The notes under the pieces: model-generated | Told to the model about the DNA's origin: nothing | The model's database searches: none | What the model saw: the letters and a program-made list of their open reading frames with translations, nothing else | Made by a program: the position numbers and the translations under genes | In this document: piece by piece, positions 35,240-48,166 of the stretch | How positions within the stretch are numbered: the first letter of the stretch is position 1 | How the letters are laid out: each line of letters starts with the position of its first letter | Assembly: GCA_046597055.1 (NCBI GenBank) | Contig: JBKJLC010000123.1 | Location: forward strand, 8,502 to 72,501 | Origin: Kofleriaceae bacterium | GTDB lineage: Bacteria; Myxococcota_A; Polyangia; Haliangiales; Haliangiaceae | DNA: 64,000 nt | Direction: 5' to 3'

Positions 35240-35827
35240 TCAGAACGACAGCTGCAGCGACATCCCGGGCGCGCGCGCCGCGCCGGTCGAGACCACCGTC
35301 GGCGTGAGCGTGACCCCATGCCGGCGGTTCCAGCTCTGCGCGGCCCGGCCAGCCGCGACGTGGTCGTAGATCGTCGAGCCGACCCACATCCCGGCGCCGA
35401 CCCAGAACATCACCTCGGCGCCGCGCTGGCCGCTGGGGACGTCGGCGTGGGTCTCGCCGATCATATGGAAGGCGCTGCCGACCATCACCAGCCCGCTCAC
35501 GCCTCGGGCGATGAGGCCGAGGCCACCAGACCGCCCCGCGTACCACTGCCCGGTGCTCGGCGCGAAGTACAGGCCGATCACGCCGATCGTCGGTAGGGTG
35601 GCCGAGCCGCTGTCGACGCTGAGGCCGATCACCGCGAGCGAGCCGAGCGTGGCACCGAGGGAGATCGCGACCGCCGTGGAGGCATGCTTGCCGCCGGACC
35701 GCCGGGCAGCCGGCGGGCTGGTGGGACTGACGGGACCGACGGAACTGGGCGGAGTCAGCGCAGGCTGGGCCCAGGCGGTCCCGCTGGCGGTGAGCACGAC
35801 GACGGCGACGAGCGAGGCGAGGCGCAT
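35240..35827 (-). CDS. Hypothetical exported/membrane protein
   Basis: Signal peptide ending AWA-Q, APSTGQWYAG motif, C-terminal PGMSLQLSF. Confidence 0.7.
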   Translation of the reverse strand: MRLASLVAVVVLTASGTAWAQPALTPPSSVGPVSPTSPPAARRSGGKHASTAVAISLGATLGSLAVIGLSVDSGSATLPTIGVIGLYFAPSTGQWYAGRSGGLGLIARGVSGLVMVGSAFHMIGETHADVPSGQRGAEVMFWVGAGMWVGSTIYDHVAAGRAAQSWNRRHGVTLTPTVVSTGAARAPGMSLQLSF

Positions 35828-35840
35828 GGACGCGAGCTTC

Positions 35841-35856
35841 AGCAGCTTTCGTGCCG
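35841..35856 (-). promoter_or_regulatory. Candidate sigma-54 promoter
   Basis: Minus strand CGGCACGAAAGCTGCT (GG-N10-GC); the ATG is at 35827. Confidence 0.55.
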
Positions 35857-36112
35857 CCCCACCCTGCCAACGGCTGCCGTGATCGCCGGCGTCGGACCGT
35901 CGATCGCCGGCAGCTTCTCGACGGTGGTGACCGGTTCCGAACGGTGCCGACGCTCATCGCGAGCAGTCCCCGTTCCGTCGCGCACCACCCGGTGCCGCAA
36001 TCGTGGAGAGGTCGGGCCACGGCGTGCCGGCGGCGAGCAGTACCCCGGCGACGCCGCCGCCGTAGCTCCAGCCCACCGGGCAGGTGCGCGGTGTTGCGTT
36101 AGACTGCGGCGC

Positions 36113-36979
36113 ATGTCCGACTCCGTTCTGGTTGCCGCCGTGCAGATGTGCGCGGTCGACGATCTCCAGGCGAACCTCGCGACCTGCCGGCGGCTCGGCG
36201 ACGAGGCCGGCGCGGCCGGCGCGCGCGTGATCGTGCTGCCCGAGTGCTTCGCGTTCCTCGGCCGCCGCGAGGGCGACAAGATGGCGGTCGCCGAGTCGCT
36301 CGACGCGCCTACGCCGGGCCCCATCCTGGCGATGCTGCGCGACCTGGCCGATCGCCACCAGGCGATCGTGGTCGGCGGCGGCATGCCCGAGAGCGTGCCT
36401 GGCGATCCCCGCCGGGCCTACAACACCGCGGTGGTGGTCGCGCCGGGTCGGGGCGTGATCGCGCGCTACCGCAAGCTGCACCTGTTCGACGTCGACATCC
36501 CGGGGGGCGCGACCCTGCGCGAGAGCGATGGCACCGCCGCCGGCACCGAGGCGCTGGTCGTCGCCGCCGCCGGCCTACGGCTGGGTGTCACCATCTGCTA
36601 CGACGTGCGGTTCCCCGAGCTGTACCGGCGGCTGTGGCGCGACGGCTGCGCCGACGTGCTGCTGGTGCCGGCCGCGTTCACCGCCCACACCGGCCGGGCG
36701 CACTGGGAGCTGCTCCTGCGCGCGCGCGCGATCGAGAACCAGGCTTACGTGGTCGCCGCGGCCCAGTGGGGCCGCCACAACGAGAAGCGCGAGAGCTACG
36801 GCCACACGCTGATCGTCGACCCGTGGGGGCAGATCGTCGGCGAGCGGCCCGACGGCGACGGCGTCGTGCTCGCCGCGATCGATCGCGAGCTGCTGGCCCG
36901 CACCCGTCGCAACATGCCGTGCGGGCAGCACGCGGTCACCCTGACCACCCCGCCGCCGCTGACCGTCGTCGAGGCGTGA
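36113..36979 (+). CDS. Carbon-nitrogen hydrolase (Nit1/deaminated glutathione amidase-like)
   Basis: VLPECF (Glu), YRKLHLFDVD (Lys), TICYDVRFPE (Cys), TGRAHWELLLRARAIENQ. Confidence 0.92.
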   Translation: MSDSVLVAAVQMCAVDDLQANLATCRRLGDEAGAAGARVIVLPECFAFLGRREGDKMAVAESLDAPTPGPILAMLRDLADRHQAIVVGGGMPESVPGDPRRAYNTAVVVAPGRGVIARYRKLHLFDVDIPGGATLRESDGTAAGTEALVVAAAGLRLGVTICYDVRFPELYRRLWRDGCADVLLVPAAFTAHTGRAHWELLLRARAIENQAYVVAAAQWGRHNEKRESYGHTLIVDPWGQIVGERPDGDGVVLAAIDRELLARTRRNMPCGQHAVTLTTPPPLTVVEA

Positions 36980-37047
36980 CCTCAGGCCGGTCGACGGGAT
37001 CGACGCGTGCTCGCGCCCGGCGCGGCCGCGCCAGCCCGACCGGCTGG

Positions 37048-38004
37048 TCAGCCCCGGCCCAGAATGGCCGCGCCGCGCACCGCCAGCCGCCGGACCGCGG
37101 CGCGACCGGTGCGCAGCCAGCGCGCCGGCGCCAGGTCGCTGGGTGGCTCGACCGCGACCGCGTCGCCGACGCGGAGCGTGCCGGGCCGGTCGACCTCGGC
37201 GTAGGCGCCGAGCCAGCGGCCGGCGTGGACCGCGACCGCGCGCACCACCTCGCGGTCGGCCTCGACCCCGGGCTGGGCCCGACCCGGCATCGAGCAGCGC
37301 GGCGTGGGTGCGACCAACCGCGCACGCAGAGCGCCGACGCGGAGCCGACCGCCGATCCACCCGGTCTCGATCAGGCCGGTCGCGCCGCCGGTCTCGATCA
37401 GCAGATTGGGCCGGAACCGGCGCACGTCCAGGTCGACGCCGGGCGCGCGCGCCGCGATCGCCGCCAGGCTCGCGGTGGTGAGCACGTGCAGCGCGCACGC
37501 GTCGAAGTAGGTGCCGCGCGGGGTCGCGTAGCGGGCCAGCTCGGCGAGCGTCGCCAGCGGAAACACCGACGGATCGGGCTCGACCTCGCCGTCGAGCAGC
37601 CCGATCTCGACCCGGCGCTCGTCGGCCGGTGACTCGACCCGGCGGTAGTGCTCGCGATCGCTCGCCGGCCGCAGCGGGCACAGCGTGACCGGGCGCCCGA
37701 GCGCCTCGCCGAGCCGGCGGTGCACGTCGGGATCGTCGCTGGTGACCTCGCGCCCATCGGGCAGCGTGATCGCGACCGGCGGCGACGCCTCGCGCGCGCC
37801 GGGGTCGACGAACCGCGCCGCCAGCCGCATCAGGGCCGGCAGCTGCTTGCCGCTCGCGATCACGCCCTTGCGATCGTCCCGCACCGCCCACACCCGGTCG
37901 CCGCGCACCCCGTGCGCGCCGACCTCGGCCACGTCGAGCCGCTCGCCGGCCATCGACTTGACCGGGAACCGCCACAGCTCCCGGATGGTGCCAACCGCGA
38001 CCAT
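37048..38004 (-). CDS. MOSC domain protein
   Basis: LWRFPVKSMAGE, GDRVWAV, DVRRFRPNLLI, TPRCSMP, GTLRVGD. Confidence 0.9.
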   Translation of the reverse strand: MVAVGTIRELWRFPVKSMAGERLDVAEVGAHGVRGDRVWAVRDDRKGVIASGKQLPALMRLAARFVDPGAREASPPVAITLPDGREVTSDDPDVHRRLGEALGRPVTLCPLRPASDREHYRRVESPADERRVEIGLLDGEVEPDPSVFPLATLAELARYATPRGTYFDACALHVLTTASLAAIAARAPGVDLDVRRFRPNLLIETGGATGLIETGWIGGRLRVGALRARLVAPTPRCSMPGRAQPGVEADREVVRAVAVHAGRWLGAYAEVDRPGTLRVGDAVAVEPPSDLAPARWLRTGRAAVRRLAVRGAAILGRG

Positions 38005-38379
38005 CCACCGAGGGTAGTGGAATGCGGGAGCCCGATCCACCCGCGCGACCGGACGCCCCGGCAGACCGCAGCGGCGCTGCATGCGGCCGGCGGGGGCCGC
38101 GCCCGGCGCGCCGACCCTGCGCCCGCGCGCCGACGCTCGCTGACGAGCTCGCTCGCGCGCGCTGCCATCGCGGGCCCCTGGGATCGATCCGCCGGGGGCT
38201 GCCCGCCCGCGAGCGATTCACACGGCGCGCGAAGCGCGCGGTCGTCGCTCGGGCTTTGCGGGCCCGAGGCGCCTGTGAGCCACGACCGGCCACGATCCAG
38301 ATCGCTCCCGTCCCGATCCGCGAGGCTCTGCCGGAGGACGGCCGACGCGCAAGGGGCAGCAGGTTTCGTCGACGCTCGG

Positions 38380-38453
38380 CCCTTCGACCGCGGGCTCGCT
38401 GCGCGAGCCCTGGCGCAGGGGCACCGGAACGTTGTGCGGGATCCTGGGGCGCA
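38380..38453 (-). repeat. Dispersed copy of the REP-like unit
   Basis: Minus strand TTCCGGTGCCCCTGCGCCA-GGGCTCGC-GCA-GCGAGCCC-GCGGTCGAAGGG; adjoining TGTGCGGGATCCTGGGGCGCA also found at about 5421. Confidence 0.75.
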
Positions 38454-38464
38454 CCCCCGGCTCG

Positions 38465-38905
38465 TCAGCGCGCGCCGCCGCCGGGGCCGGCACTACCGCC
38501 CCTGCCGCTGCCGCTGCCGCTGCCGCTGCCGCTGCCGCTGCCGCCGCTGCCGCCGCCAATCCCACCATCCACCCCCGCGTCACTCCCCCCACCCGCCGCC
38601 GCCCGCTCCTTCTCGATCGCCGCCTTCATCTCCTCGGGCGTCATGTCCGCGCGCAGCATCGTCCCGGTCGGCCGGCCGGCGTCCACGATCACCGGCCGCA
38701 CCGCCGCGTCGGTATCGTCGAAGCCGGTCACGAACGTGCTCATCGAGTCCGCGCAGGGCCGCTGCAGCACCAGCACCGCGACCAGCGCGACCGCGACCAT
38801 CGCGATCCGGACCAGCTGCACCGACGAGAACGACCAACCCTTGCCCCGCGGGATCCGCGGGACGGGAGCCTCGCCATCGGCGAGCGGGCGGTGTCGGCGA
38901 GCCAT
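38465..38905 (-). CDS. Small hypothetical membrane protein with Gly-Ser tail
   Basis: One TM segment then QRPCADSMSTFV; the tail is encoded by (CTGCCG)x7 at 38502-38543. Confidence 0.65.
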   Translation of the reverse strand: MARRHRPLADGEAPVPRIPRGKGWSFSSVQLVRIAMVAVALVAVLVLQRPCADSMSTFVTGFDDTDAAVRPVIVDAGRPTGTMLRADMTPEEMKAAIEKERAAAGGGSDAGVDGGIGGGSGGSGSGSGSGSGSGRGGSAGPGGGAR

Positions 38906-38970
38906 GACCAGGAGGTCCTACCGCGATCCCGCGGGCCGCGCCACCAGCTCGAGCCCGGCCGCGCCCGCCG

Positions 38971-40683
<1,713 letters not shown>

Positions 40684-40763
40684 GCGCGCACGCTACCGGT
40701 TCCATCTGACAGCCGACAGTGCCCTGCGGCCGCGATGCGCGGGCGCACCGCCGGACCCGCGGG

Positions 40764-41996
40764 TCAGAACCGGTCGGCGCGCAGGCGCTCGACGCGATCG
40801 GCCCGCGACGCGCGCGCCGCCTTGGCCGTGGGCATGTCCGGACCCTCGGGGAGCTCGTCCTTGCGCTCCCAGGACACGGTCTCGAGGCCATCGGCCACCT
40901 CGCGCGTCAAGTAGAGGTTCACCACCACGGGGCCGCTCGGATCGACGTTCCAGGCCGGGTTCCAGCCGGGGACCGCGGACGCGTCCGGAACCGTCATCAC
41001 ACCCGGTGTCTTGGCGGCATGCGGGTACTGATGCGCGAACCAGAGCGGCGCGTCGGCGGCGTAGCCGATGATACTGGCCTCGTGCCACTCGCCGGTGGCG
41101 ACGTAGGTCGCGGACGGCACCCGCGCCCAGCTCAGGGTCGCCGAGGCGAGGTGCGGCGGCAGGGTGATCGCGATCGGCGCGGTGTTCGCCGGATCGACCC
41201 GCACCGAGCGGGACCGTCTCCGCGGCAGCGCGGTGTCCTGCTCGCTCACAACGACCAGGTGATTGTCGCCGGCAGTGGCGAGCGCGGCGGGGACCGTCCA
41301 GCCGGTGGTGTCGCCCTGCGCCAGCAGCGCGCGCGAGCCATTGGCCGTGTAGAGCGTGCTGCTGACGGTGGCCGTCGCGGGCGCGCCGGCGATCGGATGC
41401 GCCACCATCGGCACCGCACCGGTCAGATCGACGGTCAGCGCCATCCCGCTGGTGATCGTGACGCCGCGGCGAATGGCGATCTGGTGCCCGACCCGGTCGA
41501 TGACGACCACGTCATGGACGCCGGGCGAAGCGAAGGTCGGCCGGGGCGGAGCGGTGGCGTCGAGCGCGATCTGGTTGAAGCCCAGCGAAACGAAGACCTC
41601 GCCAGGCCCGGTGTAGTTGACCGTCAAGGGGACGGTCTCGATCGAGCCGCACCCGATGTCGTATGCGTCGGGATCGATGTTGGCGTCCTCGACGCCACCG
41701 GCGTACGTGGTCACAATCGTGCCGCTATCGGGACACACCCCGACCATCTCGAACGGGCGGTCGACCGCGAGCCCCACGTCGCCACTGGCATCGGCGGTGA
41801 GCTTCTGCCACGGATCCCGGCCGACCCGCGCGGCGAGAAAGGCCGCGCGGTCGCCCTTGATCGGGACGGTGACGCTGGTGCTGGCATCGACGGCGACGGC
41901 GGCGTCGACATTGACCACCGGCTCCGGACCATCGTCGCCGCCGCAGGCCGCGACGAGCGCGGTCGAGAGAAGGAACACACCAGGACAAATACGCAT
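40764..41996 (-). CDS. Hypothetical lipoprotein
   Basis: Lipobox LVAA-CGGDD; beta-rich sequence with no recognised domain. Confidence 0.7.
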   Translation of the reverse strand: MRICPGVFLLSTALVAACGGDDGPEPVVNVDAAVAVDASTSVTVPIKGDRAAFLAARVGRDPWQKLTADASGDVGLAVDRPFEMVGVCPDSGTIVTTYAGGVEDANIDPDAYDIGCGSIETVPLTVNYTGPGEVFVSLGFNQIALDATAPPRPTFASPGVHDVVVIDRVGHQIAIRRGVTITSGMALTVDLTGAVPMVAHPIAGAPATATVSSTLYTANGSRALLAQGDTTGWTVPAALATAGDNHLVVVSEQDTALPRRRSRSVRVDPANTAPIAITLPPHLASATLSWARVPSATYVATGEWHEASIIGYAADAPLWFAHQYPHAAKTPGVMTVPDASAVPGWNPAWNVDPSGPVVVNLYLTREVADGLETVSWERKDELPEGPDMPTAKAARASRADRVERLRADRF

Positions 41997-42124
41997 TCGC
42001 GGACTATCCGCCGCGTCTTCCCTCACGCCGAGGCCGCGGGAGCGCATCGCCCCACTTCACCCGAGGTTGCCCCCACCTACCGCGCCGTGGGTCACACGAC
42101 GCGGCATCGGCGGGCGACCGAAGC

Positions 42125-43429
42125 TCAGGGCTCGGACGCGACGGCCGCGGCCGCGCGTGCGCGCGCCGGCGCCGGACCCGAGTACCAGCGCTTCGAGATC
42201 CACAGGAACAGCGGCGGGGCCAGGAACAGCGACGAGTACGCGCCGACGATGATGCCGACGTTCATCGCGAACGCGAAGTTGCGGACGAGGCCGGTGCCGA
42301 AGACGTTCATCATCAGGGTGACGGCGAACAGCGTCACCGAGGTCAGGATCGAGCGAACCAGCACCTCGTTGAGCGAGATGTCGACGATCCGATCGAGTCG
42401 CTTGTCCTTCAGCTTCTCGCTGTTCTCGCGGATGCGGTCGAAGATCACGACCGTATCGTTGACCGAGAAGCCGACCACCGTCAGCAGCGCCGCCACCGAG
42501 GTCAGGGAGACCTCGGTCCAGGTCACCGCGAACACGCCGATCACCATGATGGCATCGTGCATGGTCGCGGCGATCGCGCCGGGCGCGTAGCGGATGTCGA
42601 AGCGGATCGCCAGGTAGAGGACGATCAGCAGCATCGCGTAGAAGATCGACCGGATGCCGTCGTTGCGCAGCTCGGAGCCGGCCTTGGCGCTGACCGTCGA
42701 CGACTGCATCGGCGCGACGTCGACCTCGGGGAACGCCTTCTCCAGCACCTGCTCGTACTGGCGGTCGAGCCCGTACATCGAGTAGGTCAGCTCGTACTCG
42801 CCGGTGCTCTTGTCGGGCGTCAGGTAGACCTGGGCGGTGTCGCCCCACGGCTTGGCCTCGATGCCGGCGGTCTTGAACACCTCGGCCGCCTCGGCCTCCT
42901 TGATCGGCGAGCCGGCGCGGACGAACAGGCGGTCGCCGGTCCAGCGCGCCACGTCGATCTTGCGATCGGCGAACTTGGTGCGGAACGCCTCGGCGACCTG
43001 CTGCTGCTGGGCCGGCGTGATCGCGCCGAACCGCGGCGTGCGGACCAGGATGCCGCGCGCGGTGACGTCGCCGGCGGGGGTCTCCTCGGTCCACGACATG
43101 TCAGACACGTCGAAGCCGGCCGCGCCGGCCTGCTCGAGCGCCTGACGGACCCTGCCGGCGTCGGGCCGCGCGTAGGTGGCCGGCGCGACCTGGCCGTCGG
43201 GCCCGGGGGCCTGACGGTTCCTGAACGCATAGACGATCTCGGTGCCGCCCCTGAAGTCGATGGTCCAGTTCAGGTGACTGCCCCGGACCGACTTGTTGAC
43301 GAACAGCATCGCGATGCTCGCCGCGCACAGCAGGAGCGAGATGAGGATCCACGTCTTGAAGCGGGCGACGAACGCGAAGTCGTTGCCCGGCTTGAGGATG
43401 TAGCGAAACTTGTGCTCTTTGGCGGCCAT
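42125..43429 (-). CDS. secF: Protein translocase subunit SecF
   Basis: IDFRGGT, YLAIRF, HDAIM, GFSVNDTVVIFDRIREN, GAYSSLF. Confidence 0.95.
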   Translation of the reverse strand: MAAKEHKFRYILKPGNDFAFVARFKTWILISLLLCAASIAMLFVNKSVRGSHLNWTIDFRGGTEIVYAFRNRQAPGPDGQVAPATYARPDAGRVRQALEQAGAAGFDVSDMSWTEETPAGDVTARGILVRTPRFGAITPAQQQQVAEAFRTKFADRKIDVARWTGDRLFVRAGSPIKEAEAAEVFKTAGIEAKPWGDTAQVYLTPDKSTGEYELTYSMYGLDRQYEQVLEKAFPEVDVAPMQSSTVSAKAGSELRNDGIRSIFYAMLLIVLYLAIRFDIRYAPGAIAATMHDAIMVIGVFAVTWTEVSLTSVAALLTVVGFSVNDTVVIFDRIRENSEKLKDKRLDRIVDISLNEVLVRSILTSVTLFAVTLMMNVFGTGLVRNFAFAMNVGIIVGAYSSLFLAPPLFLWISKRWYSGPAPARARAAAAVASEP

Positions 43430-43452
43430 GGTGGTTCTCGGCTCGCTTCTGG

Positions 43453-45408
43453 TCAGATCGAGATCGTGGCGAGCTCGCCCTTCTTGCGACTCACGTAGAG
43501 GTCGAAGAAGAAGCGGCTGACCCAGATGCTGGTGAAGAGCGTGGTCGCGATGCCGACCAAGAGCATGACCGCGAAGCCCTTGATGGGGCCCGAGCCGTAC
43601 TGAAGCAGAACCCAGCCGGCGACCGCGGTGGTCAGCTGGCCGTCGAGGATGCTGGAGAACGCGCGCTGGTAGCCGACCTCGACCGCACCCTTGACCGACT
43701 TGCCGATGTTCAGCTCGTCGCGGATGCGCTCGTAGATGAGCACGTTGCCATCGACCGCCATGCCGACCGTGAGGACGACCGCGGCGATGCCGGGCAGGGT
43801 CAGGGTCGCGCCGAACATCGCCATGACCGCGAGCATCATCAGGAGATTGACGGCGACCGACACCATGGCGATCGCGCCCGACCACTTGTAGAGGCCCACC
43901 ATGATGATGATGACCAGGAGGATGCCGAGGCCGAACGAGAACTGGGCCTTGTCGACCGCGTCGCGACCAAGCGTGGGGCCGAGCTCGGCGGTCGACTCTT
44001 CCTTCAGCGGGGCCGGCAGCGAGCCCGTCTTCAGCACGTTGACGAGGTCCGCGGCCTCCAGCTCCTGGCCCTGCGCATCACCGCCGCCCATCGAGATGGT
44101 GGTGGCACCCTGGCGGATCGCGCCCTGGATGATCGGCGCCGACTCGACCGCCTCGTCGAGGATGATGGCGATCTTCTTGCCGACGTGGCTGCCGGTGAGA
44201 TCGCCCCAGACCCGACCGCCGTGGCGGTCGAACTGGACGACGACCTCGGGACGGTAGGTGTTCGGGTCGTAGCTGACCTGCGCGGCCGACACCGAGCTAC
44301 CGGTCAGGTGGACAGTGCGGTCGAGGTAGTACGTGCGCCAGAACGGACGCTTGTCGGCGCGCTCGGCCGACGGGTCGGGGTGGACCTCCTCGAAGCTCAT
44401 CTGACGATCGTCGCGAATCTTGAAGCTGGGGTCGGTGGTGCCGAGCTGCTCGAGGTAGCGCTCGATGAGCCGGCGGCCGCTGACCTTGCAGCGGACCTTG
44501 CCGTCCTTCTCGGGCAGGTCCTTGCGGTAGCAGCCCTGCTTGCGGGCGTCCGACAGCGTCAGGGCCTCCTCGCGGTCGTACGCCGCGAGGTACCAGTCGT
44601 AGAGCGGCTTGTCGGGGCTCTTGTCGAGCGACCACGAGTCGGCATGGGCGGTGATGCCGAGCTCGAGCGCGGCCGGCTCGACGGTCTCGCCACTGCGGCC
44701 CTGCTCGCCCGCGACATGGGTGAACAGCCGCTGCATGAACGGGTCGTTGTCGGTGTGATCGATGACGAGCTTGAACTCGAGCTTCGCGGTGCGAGCGATC
44801 AACTCGCGGATGCGCTGGATGTTCTCGGCGTCGAGACCGGGGAGCTCGACCAGGATGCGGTCGTCCTTCTCGATCACGGTCGGCTCCGCGATGCCGCGGG
44901 CGTCGATGCGGTCCTTGATGGTGGTGACCGCCTGGGTCAGCGCGCTCTTGCGCACGCCGTCGGCGAACTTCGACGAGATGCGCACGCAGATGGCGGCCTT
45001 GAGGTCGCCGTCCGGGCACGTCATGGGCGTGATGACGTCGCCGTAGTCGGACACGACCAGCTTGGTCGCCTCGTCACGACGGGCCGGGTCCTCGAGCTTC
45101 ACCGCGATGGCGCCAGCCGCGATCGCCGGGTTCGAGACCGAACCCTTGATGCCCTTCTCCTCGAGCTTGGCCTCGATATCGCGCTTGACGTCGGACGCCT
45201 TGTCGTCGACCGCCTTGTCGAGGTCGATCGTGTAGACGAACTGCGCGCCGCCCTGGAGGTCGAGGCCGAGCGTGATCTTCTTGTCGAAGACGGTGCCGAA
45301 CCACGACGGGAGCGACCGCGACTCGAGCATCGTCGGCAGGAGATAGATGACGCAGAAGATGACGATGGCGGCGAGGCCAAAGCTGCGTAGACGGAGGCTG
45401 CGATCCAT
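43453..45408 (-). CDS. secD: Protein translocase subunit SecD
   Basis: LGLDLQGG, LVELPG, GSLPAPL, LGPTLG, LTLPGIAAVVLTVGMAVDGNVLIYERIRDE. Confidence 0.96.
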   Translation of the reverse strand: MDRSLRLRSFGLAAIVIFCVIYLLPTMLESRSLPSWFGTVFDKKITLGLDLQGGAQFVYTIDLDKAVDDKASDVKRDIEAKLEEKGIKGSVSNPAIAAGAIAVKLEDPARRDEATKLVVSDYGDVITPMTCPDGDLKAAICVRISSKFADGVRKSALTQAVTTIKDRIDARGIAEPTVIEKDDRILVELPGLDAENIQRIRELIARTAKLEFKLVIDHTDNDPFMQRLFTHVAGEQGRSGETVEPAALELGITAHADSWSLDKSPDKPLYDWYLAAYDREEALTLSDARKQGCYRKDLPEKDGKVRCKVSGRRLIERYLEQLGTTDPSFKIRDDRQMSFEEVHPDPSAERADKRPFWRTYYLDRTVHLTGSSVSAAQVSYDPNTYRPEVVVQFDRHGGRVWGDLTGSHVGKKIAIILDEAVESAPIIQGAIRQGATTISMGGGDAQGQELEAADLVNVLKTGSLPAPLKEESTAELGPTLGRDAVDKAQFSFGLGILLVIIIMVGLYKWSGAIAMVSVAVNLLMMLAVMAMFGATLTLPGIAAVVLTVGMAVDGNVLIYERIRDELNIGKSVKGAVEVGYQRAFSSILDGQLTTAVAGWVLLQYGSGPIKGFAVMLLVGIATTLFTSIWVSRFFFDLYVSRKKGELATISI

Positions 45409-45511
45409 GGAGGAACCCTTCGGGCGCGAGCGCGGGCGGCGAACGCCGACCGACGCGGGAGCGCGGAATCTAGATCAGGCCGAGGCTGGCGGGAAGCCGG
45501 CCGGGACGATC

Positions 45512-45814
45512 TCAGGCGGCCTTGTCGGCCTTGTCGGCCGACTTGACCTCGGTACCGGTCCACTTGTTCTCGATGTAGGCGCGCGGCACGCGTACCCGGA
45601 CCTTCTCCTGGATCTCGAGCACGACGATGTCGTTCGCCTGGACGCCGGTGATCGTGCCGATGACACCACCCCGGGTGATCACCTGCTCACCCTTGCCGAG
45701 CTTGCTCAGCATCGCGGCGTGCTCCTTCTGCTTCTTGACCTGCGGACGGATCAAGATGAAGTAGAAGACGACGAACATCAGGCCCATCATGAGAAGCGGA
45801 GACAGGGCGCCCAT
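45512..45814 (-). CDS. yajC: Preprotein translocase subunit YajC
   Basis: VFYFILIRPQVKKQKEH, GEQVITRGGVIGTI. Confidence 0.95.
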   Translation of the reverse strand: MGALSPLLMMGLMFVVFYFILIRPQVKKQKEHAAMLSKLGKGEQVITRGGVIGTITGVQANDIVVLEIQEKVRVRVPRAYIENKWTGTEVKSADKADKAA

Positions 45815-45941
45815 GGAAGTTCTCCTGGAAACGAGAAACCCGAAAAGTCGTGGGTGATTAGCACCGGGCTCTCCGGGGGTCAATACCAACCAACCGTCCC
45901 CGGCCCTGTAGGGCCGCGCCACCGCGCTCGCAACTGCCCGA

Positions 45942-48097
<2,156 letters not shown>

Positions 48098-48166
48098 GAC
48101 CGCCTTGGTAGCCGGCGGCTGGCCCGGGTGCAACCGCCGGCGCCGACCTCCTTCTATAGTGGCCGC